DNA of 64,000 nt, from NCBI GenBank assembly GCA_963677485.1, contig OY781964.1, forward strand, positions 352,001 to 416,000, in the 5' to 3' direction. Each line of letters opens with the position of its first letter. Position 1 is the first letter of the stretch. Source of the stretch: Armatimonadota bacterium. Lineage in GTDB: Bacteria; Armatimonadota; HRBIN16. The notes under the pieces were generated by a model. That model saw only the letters and a program-made list of their open reading frames with translations. It had not been told where the DNA came from and did not search any database. The position numbers and the translations under genes were made by a program. Positions 27,284 to 36,979 of this stretch are shown one piece after another.

Positions 27284-30127
27284 CTAATTCACCCGAATAT
27301 TCGTGACCCTAATCACCCGAAAGCCAAGGTCATCGAAGCTATGCGTGGCAGCCAGACAGTCGGTGCGGAAGTCACTACGGAAGTAGTCAGGGTTGGTGCT
27401 CTTCCAGGAGCCACCGCGTACCACCCGGGAGGCACCACTGTCAGGACCCAACGGGTTTACGTTTGGCGCGGACTTATAGTAGTCGGAGCCGTAGAAGTCG
27501 GAGCACCACTCCCAGGTGTTACCAGCCATATCAAGGCATCCGAATGGACTAATACCAGAGGGGAAGCTGGAACCCGGCAGCGGGCCATCGAGCAATATCT
27601 TGACGCTGTTCGCACAAGCGGATTCATCCCACTCGTTGCCCCACGGGTATTTGCGCCCTTTGGTGCCTCTCGCTGCTTTTTCCCACTGTGCTTCGGTGGG
27701 TAGTGAACCACCTGCCCACTTCGCGTAGTCTGCAGCATCCTGCCAGCTTTCATTGACGATTGAATCGACGTCAATCCATCCCTTGTGTGGCTCGGTCGGC
27801 ATCGCGTGGTGTGTCTCCGCACAGAATTTCTTGTATTGGGCTACTGTCACTTTGTTTTTGTAGATCCAATAGCCATCAAGGTATACCGTCCGCTGCGGTT
27901 TTTCATTCTCGTAAGCAGCGGAATCATCCCCCATCAAGAACTCGCCAGGAGAAACCCATACCATTTCAGCATCATCAACCTGGTTGAATGTGCCCAACCT
28001 ATCGCCTTTGGCGCCGAAGTTCTGGTCGAGAACTACATAGTCGAACAGGTTCACCTGACCATCGCCGTCCAGGTCAGCCATGGGGTCCGATGAGCCGAAG
28101 TGCTGGTCCAACACGACGTAATCAAACAGGTTCACCTGGTTATCGCCATCAGCATCGCCATTAGCTGGCGAGAATGCTACCACTGTGGTGGGGAATACAT
28201 ACCCCATCTTGGCCCGTATGAGATGGATACCCTCGAAGGATATATCCCATGGTGGCGGAAGGAAGGTAGAAAATGCGAACCCACCCATCGCTTGCGGTAG
28301 GATACTAAGGCACTCGTGCAAACTGGGATCGGCTGTGCTGTTGATGAAAGTGGTAAAGTGTTGTGAATACAGGTTACCCACGAAGTTGCCGAGATCCACA
28401 TGCACAGGTATGATCTCGGAACTCCGGATCACTGTAGTGTAGTGGTTCCCTGCGGATATACCGACTATGCCACTGTTCGGTGCCGGCAACTCACACTGCC
28501 CTAAGTCGTTGCTTCCCCAACAGGCTATCGATCCGTTCAGTCTCAGACCCACAGCATGGTTGTATCCCGCTTCGATGGCTCGGAAATTCGTATTTGGCAG
28601 CGGGACACTGCACTGTCCAGACGCATTGTTTCCCCAGCAGACTGCTGATCCATCTTGCTTCAATCCCATCGAAAACAGAGTACCCGCCGCAACAGCCGTG
28701 AAGTCCTGGTTGGGCAGCGGCACATTGCATTCCCCGCTTCCGTTTGATCCCCAGCAAATCACGGAACCGTCACTTTTCAGGCCTACCGTATGGGAGCCGC
28801 CCGCTGCGATAGCGATGAAGTCCTGGTTAGGTGCCGGCACATCACACTGTCCACTGGTGTTGGCACCCCAGCAGATAACCGAGCCATCACTCTTTAACCC
28901 TACCGAGAAATATGTGCCTGCGGAGATAGCGGTGAAGTCCTGGTTTGGCACAGGTGCCGTCGATTGGCCGTAGTCGTTCTTGCCCCACACCCGCACCGAT
29001 CCGTCTTGCTTCAATCCGATGGAATGAGCCAGACCTACAGAAACAGCCTTGAAATCCTGGTTTGGCAACGGTATGTTACACTGTCCATATCCGTCCTCTC
29101 CCCAGGCCACCAGTGTGCCGTTCTGCCTTAACCCGATATTGTGGCTCCAACCTGCCGCAACTGATGTAAAATTCTGATTGACTTGAGACACATTTTCTTC
29201 ACCATCGTTGTTCTCACCCCAGCAGACCAGCGAGCCATTACGCTTCAATCCGACCATGTCCCTTTCACCAGCGGAGGCGGCGATGAAGTCGTGGTTGGGC
29301 GCAGGCACGGTAAAGTTGAACCCCCAGCAAACTATCGATCCGTCATCCTTGAATCCTGCGATACCTATCGAGCTTGCATCGATGGCAGCAAAATGCTGGT
29401 TGGGGGACGGTATGTTCAACTGCCCCTGGTAGTTCGCTCCCCACACCACCACCGAACCATCATTTTTGAGGCCCACAGTGAAGTAATCACCGCCTGCCAC
29501 TGCAATGAAGTTCTGGTTTGGCGCAGGCACGTTACATTCACCATGAAGGTTACTCCCCCAGCAGACGATAGTGCCGTTGCTTTTCAGCCCGGCTGTAAAG
29601 GCCAAGCCCACGGCGACGGCTATGAAGTCCTGGTTAGGAGCAGGCACGTTGCATTGGCCGTAGTTGTTGGCACCCCAGCAGACCACTGAGCCATTCTGCT
29701 TCAGCGCTGCGGTGTGCCAGGAACCTGCAGATACCGCTGTAAATCCAGTGTTGGGAGCAGGCACGTTGCACTGACCGTACTGGTTATTTCCCCAGCAGAC
29801 CACTGCGCCATAACTCTTCAAGCCAACGGTATATTGGTCTCCCGCTGAGACTTTGGTGAAGTCTTGATTGGGCAGGGGCACATCGCATTCTCCGCTATTG
29901 TTATATCCCCAGCACTGCACAGAGTGATCAAGCTTCAACCCGGAGGTGTGGTGCCTCCCAGCATCGACGGCACCGAAACCAGTCAGATCGCCGGGCACAA
30001 TACGGTACGCTCCCCACGATTCGATCGTTCCACCCGATGCGAATGACAGGCTGCTGCACAGCGCGAGCAGGAGTAGTGTGGTCCACCCTACCCACATATT
30101 AGCATGTGATGATCTTGTTTGGTTCAC
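27284..30127 (-). CDS. Secreted RCC1/BLIP-II repeat protein (14 repeats) + dockerin-like module + FGE-sulfatase (SUMF1) domain
   Basis: 14 'xxWG..GQCNVPAPN.DF.A..AG..HT.GLK.DG' repeats; duplicated 'DGDxQVNLFDYVVLD'; 'LPTEAQWEKAARG', 'DMAGNTWEW', 'RGGSW...GFR'. Confidence 0.9.
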   Translation of the reverse strand: MNQTRSSHANMWVGWTTLLLLALCSSLSFASGGTIESWGAYRIVPGDLTGFGAVDAGRHHTSGLKLDHSVQCWGYNNSGECDVPLPNQDFTKVSAGDQYTVGLKSYGAVVCWGNNQYGQCNVPAPNTGFTAVSAGSWHTAALKQNGSVVCWGANNYGQCNVPAPNQDFIAVAVGLAFTAGLKSNGTIVCWGSNLHGECNVPAPNQNFIAVAGGDYFTVGLKNDGSVVVWGANYQGQLNIPSPNQHFAAIDASSIGIAGFKDDGSIVCWGFNFTVPAPNHDFIAASAGERDMVGLKRNGSLVCWGENNDGEENVSQVNQNFTSVAAGWSHNIGLRQNGTLVAWGEDGYGQCNIPLPNQDFKAVSVGLAHSIGLKQDGSVRVWGKNDYGQSTAPVPNQDFTAISAGTYFSVGLKSDGSVICWGANTSGQCDVPAPNQDFIAIAAGGSHTVGLKSDGSVICWGSNGSGECNVPLPNQDFTAVAAGTLFSMGLKQDGSAVCWGNNASGQCSVPLPNTNFRAIEAGYNHAVGLRLNGSIACWGSNDLGQCELPAPNSGIVGISAGNHYTTVIRSSEIIPVHVDLGNFVGNLYSQHFTTFINSTADPSLHECLSILPQAMGGFAFSTFLPPPWDISFEGIHLIRAKMGYVFPTTVVAFSPANGDADGDNQVNLFDYVVLDQHFGSSDPMADLDGDGQVNLFDYVVLDQNFGAKGDRLGTFNQVDDAEMVWVSPGEFLMGDDSAAYENEKPQRTVYLDGYWIYKNKVTVAQYKKFCAETHHAMPTEPHKGWIDVDSIVNESWQDAADYAKWAGGSLPTEAQWEKAARGTKGRKYPWGNEWDESACANSVKILLDGPLPGSSFPSGISPFGCLDMAGNTWEWCSDFYGSDYYKSAPNVNPLGPDSGASRVVRGGSWKSTNPDYFRSDFRTDCLAATHSFDDLGFRVIRVTNIRVN

Positions 30128-30221
30128 GATATGGCCTCCGAATCTTCTATAGGGTCACCGTCACATACCTTGCGGTATGGCGAATTATCTTTTGGTATGC
30201 GTGCATTTTGTATTTCATCTC

Positions 30222-32411
30222 TTACTCGCCCATCGCTCCGAAGTTCTGGTCGATCACCACGTAGTCGAACAGGTTCACCTGGCCGTCACCGTCCAGATCG
30301 GCCATGGGATCTGAGCTGCCGAATTTCGAGTCTAGCACGACATAGTCGAACAGGTTGATCTGACCGTCGCCGTTCGCATCGCCGTTGACTAGACTGAGTT
30401 CGAGAAGATCAATGGGCTTAGGATCGAGTTTCATAACAGTCAATCCCAGAAAGTGAGAGTCAGAGACGGTGAAGTCCCATGGCGATGGCAGATAGGTGGA
30501 CAATGCATATCCACCCATGGCTTGAGGCATCAAGCTCAATGACTCTGTGAAGCTTGGATCGGATGAGCTGTTGATGAGCACTGAAAACTGCTGAGTGAAC
30601 ATGTTCCCCACGAAATTGTTCAATGTCACATTGACGGGTATGGTCTCAACTGGGCGGATGGCGGTGGTGAAGTCCTTACCGGCACTAATGAAGGTGAACC
30701 CACTATTTGGTGCTGGCACATTACACTCTCCAAAACTGTTGTCTCCCCAGCAGACCAGTGAGCCATCTTGCTTCTTCCCCACCGAGTGACGGTACCCCGC
30801 TGCGATAGCAACAAATCCCTGGTTGGGTAAAGGAACGGTGCATTGGCCGCTGGTGTTCAGACCCCAGCACACGATGGTGCCATCTTGCTTGAGACCGACT
30901 GTGAATCCATTCCCTGCTGCGACCGATTCAAATCCGTTATTAGGAGCCGGCACGATGTACTCACCATTACTGTTAGCACCCCAACAGACTACGGAACCAT
31001 TGCTCTTCAGACCGACTGAATGGTTGTAACCAGCAGACATAGCCATGAAATCTTGGTTGGGTGCTGGCACAGAGCTTTCGCCATATGTATTGCTGCCCCA
31101 ACAGGCTATGGAACCGTCTTGTTTTAGCCCCAGCGAGTGGCTATTGGCTGAGGAGATAGCCCAGAAGTTCGTGTTGGGGGCAGGCACATTACACTGCCCG
31201 TCTGTATTCGTTCCCCAACATACCAACGAAGTATCGCTTTTGAGCCCAACGGTGAATTGGTTCCCGGCGGAGATGGCCATGAAGTCCTGGTTAGGGGCAG
31301 GAGTTGCACTCTCACCTTGTGCATTGGCTCCCCATACCGCTACGGAGTTGTATTCCGTCATCCCAATGGTGTGAGTATTACCTGTGGCGATCACCGAGAT
31401 GAAATGCTGGTTCGGAACCGGCACACTGCATTGACCATATGTGTCTTCACCCCAGCTTACGATGGATCCATTGTTCTTCAACCCCACATTATGATCGCCA
31501 CCAGCAGCTACTGCAATAAACCCACTATTTGGGGCAGGTACGTGCAATGCACTATTGTTTACGTTTGATCCCCAACAGGCGACGGAGCCATCGCTCCGTA
31601 ATCCGGCACAGTGGAAACGGCATGCTGTGATTCTTACGAAGTCATGGCTTGTGGGCACGTTAAGTTGGCCTAGGCCAAAAGGGTCGCCTCCCCAGCCAAC
31701 CAGAGAGCCGTCTTGTTTCAGTCCGATGCTGAATTCAGTTCCAGCCGCTACAGCAGTAAACCCCTGATTGGGTGCGGGCACGTTGCACTCGCCGAAGTAG
31801 TTATAACCCCAGCACACTAACGAATGATCTTCCTTCAGCCCAATAGTGTGGAAAGATCCTGCAGCAACGGCGATGAAATTCTGGTTGGGTGAAGGAACGC
31901 TGCACTGGCCGGCGTCGTTATTACCCCAGCAAACCACCGAACCATCGCTCTTCAAGCCAACTGTGAAGTCAGAGCCTGCTGCAACTGCCGTGAAGCTCTG
32001 GTTTGGAGCAGGCACATTGCATTGCCCCATATCGTTCTTACCCCAGCACACAACCGTGCCGTTGCCCTTCAACCCCACAGTGTGGTTCCATCCGGCAGCA
32101 ATGGCGGTAAACCCTTGATTTGGCAGGGGCACATCACACTGACCGTCTGCGTTGTTACCCCAGGCAACCACAGTATGATTGTGCTTCAAGCCCACTGTAT
32201 GAGTTGATCCTGCGGCTATGGCCATAAAGCCTGTCAGGTCACCTGGGACTATGCGATAAGAACCCCATGAGTCTATGGTTCCACTCCTTGGCCCAAGGGC
32301 AATATTGAACGATCGCCCTGAAGCGAAAGATGTAGAACCGCAAATTACCAGTAACAGCAATGACAGCCACCATACTCTTTGAGTTGAAAGAAGTGCTTTC
32401 GTAAGTCTCAC
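30222..32411 (-). CDS. Secreted RCC1/BLIP-II repeat protein (14 repeats) + dockerin-like module
   Basis: Paralog of 27284-30127 lacking the FGE domain; GGGAGG RBS. Confidence 0.9.
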   Translation of the reverse strand: MRLTKALLSTQRVWWLSLLLLVICGSTSFASGRSFNIALGPRSGTIDSWGSYRIVPGDLTGFMAIAAGSTHTVGLKHNHTVVAWGNNADGQCDVPLPNQGFTAIAAGWNHTVGLKGNGTVVCWGKNDMGQCNVPAPNQSFTAVAAGSDFTVGLKSDGSVVCWGNNDAGQCSVPSPNQNFIAVAAGSFHTIGLKEDHSLVCWGYNYFGECNVPAPNQGFTAVAAGTEFSIGLKQDGSLVGWGGDPFGLGQLNVPTSHDFVRITACRFHCAGLRSDGSVACWGSNVNNSALHVPAPNSGFIAVAAGGDHNVGLKNNGSIVSWGEDTYGQCSVPVPNQHFISVIATGNTHTIGMTEYNSVAVWGANAQGESATPAPNQDFMAISAGNQFTVGLKSDTSLVCWGTNTDGQCNVPAPNTNFWAISSANSHSLGLKQDGSIACWGSNTYGESSVPAPNQDFMAMSAGYNHSVGLKSNGSVVCWGANSNGEYIVPAPNNGFESVAAGNGFTVGLKQDGTIVCWGLNTSGQCTVPLPNQGFVAIAAGYRHSVGKKQDGSLVCWGDNSFGECNVPAPNSGFTFISAGKDFTTAIRPVETIPVNVTLNNFVGNMFTQQFSVLINSSSDPSFTESLSLMPQAMGGYALSTYLPSPWDFTVSDSHFLGLTVMKLDPKPIDLLELSLVNGDANGDGQINLFDYVVLDSKFGSSDPMADLDGDGQVNLFDYVVIDQNFGAMGE

Positions 32412-32531
32412 GGTATTGCCTCCCGGTTTCCTAGTAGTTCAAAATCTGTCACCAAAGTGTGGTGTGTCATTTGTCGTCGTCGGGTTCGTGCGTTTCCAGA
32501 CATGAGCAATCTGTGGTCATGCGCCGATCTC

Positions 32532-32804
32532 TCACTCGCCCCTGGCGCCGAAGCTTTGGTCGATCACTACGTAGTCAAACAGGTTCACCTGGCCATCGCC
32601 GTTGACAAATGAGTAGACCGCAGTCTGATTCGGTATAACATTCGAAGCTTTGGCAGTAAGGAAGTGGGTGCAGGCCAGGGTGGTGCTCCATGGTGAGCGT
32701 AGGTCAGTAGACAGTTGAAAACCAGCCAAAGGTTCAGGCTGTAGACTGAGACAATCAGACACGGTAGGGTCTGACTGCATGGCGACGCCGGCTGTGTTTT
32801 TCAA
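32532..32804 (-). pseudogene. Remnant C-terminal linker and half dockerin-like module of the RCC1 paralog family
   Basis: 'LSLQP...GFQLST.L.SPW' and a single 'NGDGQVNLFDYVVIDQSFGARGE' match the paralog tails; no repeats or signal peptide. Confidence 0.65.
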
Positions 32805-33217
32805 GCGATGACCTCTAGATATCTGTATTCAACTATCCATACCGCCGGTATTCTGGCTTTGGTATTACATGATATTGATGTTATAGGGTGATCGCCTTCA
32901 AAAGGAGGGCAGGCTACTAGGATAGCCGTTGACAATATAGAACGTAATGGTTGAGCATATCAACTTGATTCGCTTGAACAAATTCAGCCGACTAAATAAC
33001 TGTGATGCTGTTACTAGTAGTAATAATACCAGTAATTCCGATATGCTTTGTCAGCTTTATGTACCCATTGTACCCTGTTCTATCTACAGGTCAAGTACCG
33101 CGTAGACAAATAACACAGATGCGCACGATTGTTATATAAAAACAAACAGCCACCTCAATCAGCCAATTGGTTCGCTGATTGAGGTGGCTGTCAATGGTAT
33201 CCAAACCGAAGCAGTAT

Positions 33218-34369
33218 CTACCGCTTCTGCGTGCGTCTCCGCTTGCGGAAAGCCCCTGGAGTGGCTCCAGTGCTCTTCTGGAACACCTTGGTGAAATAGC
33301 TCTGGTCGTTGAATCCGCTCTGGAAGCAGATGTCACTCAAGCTCTTGTCCGTCAGTGCCAGCATCTCCTTCGCCTTGTCGATGCGCATCTTCACCAACAT
33401 CTCAGTAAATGTGCGGCCGAACGCCTGTTTCAATGCACGGCTGAAATGCGTAGGTGACAGGCAGGCGATCTTCGCGGCGTCATCGCGGCTGATATCTTCC
33501 TGCATGTGCTCCTGCATCCACTTCACGGCGGCGCCCAGCATCACGCTGACCGGGTAGCGCTGCGAGGTGCCGATGGCATCCATAATCCGCTCCAGCATCT
33601 GAACCAGCCAGCGACAGATCGCCTCTTCACCTTCCAGCGAAGCCAAATCGCCGAAGGTGCTGTAGTTCACGCCCAGAAGCTCCACAGGGTCGGCGCCCGC
33701 TTCCACTGCGCTGCGGCTCATCATCACCACCAGTTCCAGCAGAAAGCTCTTCAGCACAGCCGGGCGGTTTCGCCCTACGTAATAAATGCCAACCAGCACA
33801 CGGTTGAGAATTTCACGCGCCGCTTTGCGGTCGCTCTGCTTGATGGCACTGATGAGTGAAGGCTCTTCGGCAAAGTATATTTCGCGGATACTGCGGAACC
33901 CGCTGGTCTTATGTTCAATGATCGCCTCGGCCCTCTCCGATTCGCGCAGGGCAGACATCCGGTGCATCTCCAGAAATGAGCTGTTGGTAATATTGTATTG
34001 TTCGCACATCGCCATCATGTCCAACGCCGCTTCATGCAGCCGCCTGTTAGCCCAGTCGGTTTCTGGCACACTCGCCATCAGCCCTCCTATCACCTTCTGG
34101 TTATACATCACAGGCACAGTCCATATGATGTTGCCTTCCATGCATAACTGTGAAAACGGCTCACCCCACCTGGCGGCCTCATCAATGGACTGGCGGCGCA
34201 AAGGTGTGCATTTTTCGCAGTAAACGCAATCTGAATGGCATTCATCGCCGCAGCGCACCAGTTCACCCATAGCGTCTAACACGACGCATTCAATCTGCCA
34301 CTTTTGGTTGTACACGCGACAGACTTCTGAGGCAACTGACAAGACCTGATCCTGTTTGATAGTAATCAT
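33218..34369 (-). CDS. AraC-family regulator with PocR-like ligand-binding domain
   Basis: N-terminal Cys-rich sensor ('CMEGNIIWTVPV...GGL'); C-terminal HTH 'GFNDQSYFTKVFQK.TG.TPG.FR'. Confidence 0.9.
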   Translation of the reverse strand: MITIKQDQVLSVASEVCRVYNQKWQIECVVLDAMGELVRCGDECHSDCVYCEKCTPLRRQSIDEAARWGEPFSQLCMEGNIIWTVPVMYNQKVIGGLMASVPETDWANRRLHEAALDMMAMCEQYNITNSSFLEMHRMSALRESERAEAIIEHKTSGFRSIREIYFAEEPSLISAIKQSDRKAAREILNRVLVGIYYVGRNRPAVLKSFLLELVVMMSRSAVEAGADPVELLGVNYSTFGDLASLEGEEAICRWLVQMLERIMDAIGTSQRYPVSVMLGAAVKWMQEHMQEDISRDDAAKIACLSPTHFSRALKQAFGRTFTEMLVKMRIDKAKEMLALTDKSLSDICFQSGFNDQSYFTKVFQKSTGATPGAFRKRRRTQKR

Positions 34370-34525
34370 GACCGAACACGCTCCTTGAGTGCGACTATTA
34401 CCAGAATGTAGGCACAGATATCCGACATGGCAGTACGATTTTACCATGTTTCGCATATTAAAAGCATCATAATATAGTTAGAAAGACATGAATTCAACAC
34501 CTGTTACACATGGAGATGACATAAA

Positions 34526-35887
34526 ATGACCGGAAAAGAGATACTTCTGAAAGCGCTCCACAATGAGGAGACGCCAAGAACACCATGGCTGCCATTCGTG
34601 GGATCACACGGCGGAAGCCTGATTGGTGAAACAGCCCATGAATATCTTACATCGGCAGACAAGCTGGTGTCAGGTCTGAGCAAGGCAATTGAGCTATATA
34701 GGCCGGATGGCTTACCTATTATATTTGACTTGCAACTGGAAGCAGAGATTTTGGGATGCGACATCGTATGGTCACAAGATGGCCCACCGTCCGTCGTCTC
34801 CCATCCGCTAGAGAAGGGTGAGCTGGCTGACCTTCCCGAATTCGACCTAAGCAAAGGCCGTTTCCCAATCATCGCGGAAGCCACCCGCAGGATGCGTGAG
34901 AAGGTCGGTGAGGATATCGCTCTGTATGGCCTCATCACCGGACCCTTCACCCTGGCACTGCACTTGATGGGCACCAACATCTTCATGGAGATGTATGACG
35001 AGCCCGAAAAAGTAGCGGAAGTGCTGGAGTTTTGCACCGAAGTCGGCAAGAAAGTGGCGGAGTTCTACCTCGCCAACGGCTGCGATGTCATCGCGGTGGT
35101 CGACCCTATGACCAGCCAGATTTCGCCCGTTCACTTCCAGGAGTATGTCGCACCTTACATGAATGCGATCTTCGATGATGTTCGCTCGAAAGGTGGTTAC
35201 AGCAGCATCTTTGTGTGCGGTAACGCCACCCGAAACCTTGAAGTGATGTCGCAAACACACTGTGACAACATCAGCGTAGACGAAAACATCGACATGAGTT
35301 ACCTGCGTGGGATCGCCGAAAAACACAACAAGTCGTTTGGCGGCAACCTGAAGCTGACGTTGGTTCTTCTTTTGGGCCAACCCAATGATGCCAAGCTGGA
35401 CACCATCCGATGCATGGACACCTGCGGTCAGAAGGGCTTCATCCTGGCCCCAGGGTGCGATATCCCATATGCCACACCGTCTGCCAACCTGCAGGCTGTG
35501 GCCGAGATGGTTCACAATGACTACGCCCGCAACACAGCCCGGGCAACCCTGATCGCACCAGCAATGAGTGCCTTTGAGGATATCAAACTACCAGACTACA
35601 GCCACGAGAAAGATACTATTCTGGACCTGATCACCCTGGACTCCTCCACATGCGCGCCATGCCAGTATATGGTGGCCGCGGCCAAAAAAGCCACGAGGGG
35701 CATGAAGGGTGTGGTGGTGCGTGAGCACAAGGTCACAACCCATGAGGGTATCGGCTACATGGTGAAACTGGGTGTGGCGAACATCCCCACGATATGTATC
35801 GATGGAGAGGCCAAATACATCTCCATCATCCCGACCCCAGGGGAGCTGCGAGCATCGATCGAACTGGCCAAAACGGCTAAAGGGTAG
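34526..35887 (+). CDS. Uroporphyrinogen-decarboxylase-fold (MtaA/CmuA-like) methyltransferase fused to a thioredoxin-like domain
   Basis: 'FDLQLEAEILG', 'GPFTLA', 'FVCGN', 'FILAPGCDIP'; C-terminal 'CAPC...IPTICIDGE'. Confidence 0.85.
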   Translation: MTGKEILLKALHNEETPRTPWLPFVGSHGGSLIGETAHEYLTSADKLVSGLSKAIELYRPDGLPIIFDLQLEAEILGCDIVWSQDGPPSVVSHPLEKGELADLPEFDLSKGRFPIIAEATRRMREKVGEDIALYGLITGPFTLALHLMGTNIFMEMYDEPEKVAEVLEFCTEVGKKVAEFYLANGCDVIAVVDPMTSQISPVHFQEYVAPYMNAIFDDVRSKGGYSSIFVCGNATRNLEVMSQTHCDNISVDENIDMSYLRGIAEKHNKSFGGNLKLTLVLLLGQPNDAKLDTIRCMDTCGQKGFILAPGCDIPYATPSANLQAVAEMVHNDYARNTARATLIAPAMSAFEDIKLPDYSHEKDTILDLITLDSSTCAPCQYMVAAAKKATRGMKGVVVREHKVTTHEGIGYMVKLGVANIPTICIDGEAKYISIIPTPGELRASIELAKTAKG

Positions 35888-35892
35888 TTGCG

Positions 35893-36798
35893 ATGATACC
35901 AATTGTGCTCATCACAGGGTTTCTGGGCAGCGGTAAAACCACGCTGCTCAAGAACATCATGCGCCAGAACAGCAACCGCAAGGTGGTCTACCTGGTAAAT
36001 GAGTTCTCAGCCCTTGATGTGGATGGGCAGCTAGCGTCTACCGGGAGTGACGACGTCGTCGCCATTCCCGGTGGCTCCATCTTCTGTAAATGCCTGGTGA
36101 CCACCTTTATGTATCACCTCAACCGTCTGCCCTCCGAATATGGCAGCCCCGAATCGCCGGTTGATGCTGTGGTGGTCGAAGCCAGCGGGATCAGCGATCC
36201 TGCAGTGATACAGTCCATGCTTAAAGAGACGAAGCTTGATGCCACATACCGCCTAGGCTCAGTGATCGCAGTGGTAGATCCCAACACCTATCCCAAGCTC
36301 GTGCATACCCTGCCCAATATCATCAACCAAATCAAATCGGCTGATACCATCATCATGAACAAGTCCGATATGTACACCTCCAAGCAGATTGATACGGCGG
36401 TAGAACTCGTACGCGAAAGCAACCCAACCGCCAGCCTGGTAGTGACACAGATGGCTGAGGTTGAGGTGGACATCATGCGCACAGTCACCGAACGAGAGAT
36501 CCATGGCGACTATGCTAAATGCGCCGACCCCAACTTCTGCAGTTTTGCGTTCATCCCCTCTGCGAAGCTGACTTCTGAAAAACTGCAAAAAGCCGTAACC
36601 GGGTTGGGCGAGGCGCTCTACCGGTTAAAAGGTGTCATTACGGTAGACGGGCAGCTTCTGTATATTGACTTCAGCACGCATGGCTGGAGCGAGCCGGTAG
36701 TGGTCAACGGACTGACACCTTCCCTGGCCATCATTGGCCGAGGTAAAGACAGGCATCGCATTGACTCATGGATAGCCGTCCACCAGCTCCGAGCCTGA
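35893..36798 (+). CDS. CobW/COG0523 family GTP-binding metallochaperone
   Basis: 'TGFLGSGKTT', 'VNEF', 'GSIFCKC', 'VEASG', 'NKSD', 'YRLKG'. Confidence 0.92.
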   Translation: MIPIVLITGFLGSGKTTLLKNIMRQNSNRKVVYLVNEFSALDVDGQLASTGSDDVVAIPGGSIFCKCLVTTFMYHLNRLPSEYGSPESPVDAVVVEASGISDPAVIQSMLKETKLDATYRLGSVIAVVDPNTYPKLVHTLPNIINQIKSADTIIMNKSDMYTSKQIDTAVELVRESNPTASLVVTQMAEVEVDIMRTVTEREIHGDYAKCADPNFCSFAFIPSAKLTSEKLQKAVTGLGEALYRLKGVITVDGQLLYIDFSTHGWSEPVVVNGLTPSLAIIGRGKDRHRIDSWIAVHQLRA

Positions 36799-36979
36799 TC
36801 GGTCCACCCTCGTACGTCCTAATCTGCAGTAATATCAGCACATTTTGCCTGTATTGATTCAATACTTGCGATAGGGTGCCCCATAAAAGGTAACATCAGA
36901 ACAGGCTATCTCGTCTACCCTATACAGAGAACAAAGATGAGGCGGCCTTAACTGCCTTGTCCAGGAGGACACCTGACTG

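Noticed and set aside
27284-33200. Complete diversity-generating retroelement
   Set aside because: No reverse transcriptase, Avd or template repeat found in the window
34370-34525. Cobalamin riboswitch upstream of the MtaA-like/CobW genes
   Set aside because: Short AT-rich divergent promoter region with no recognisable B12-box
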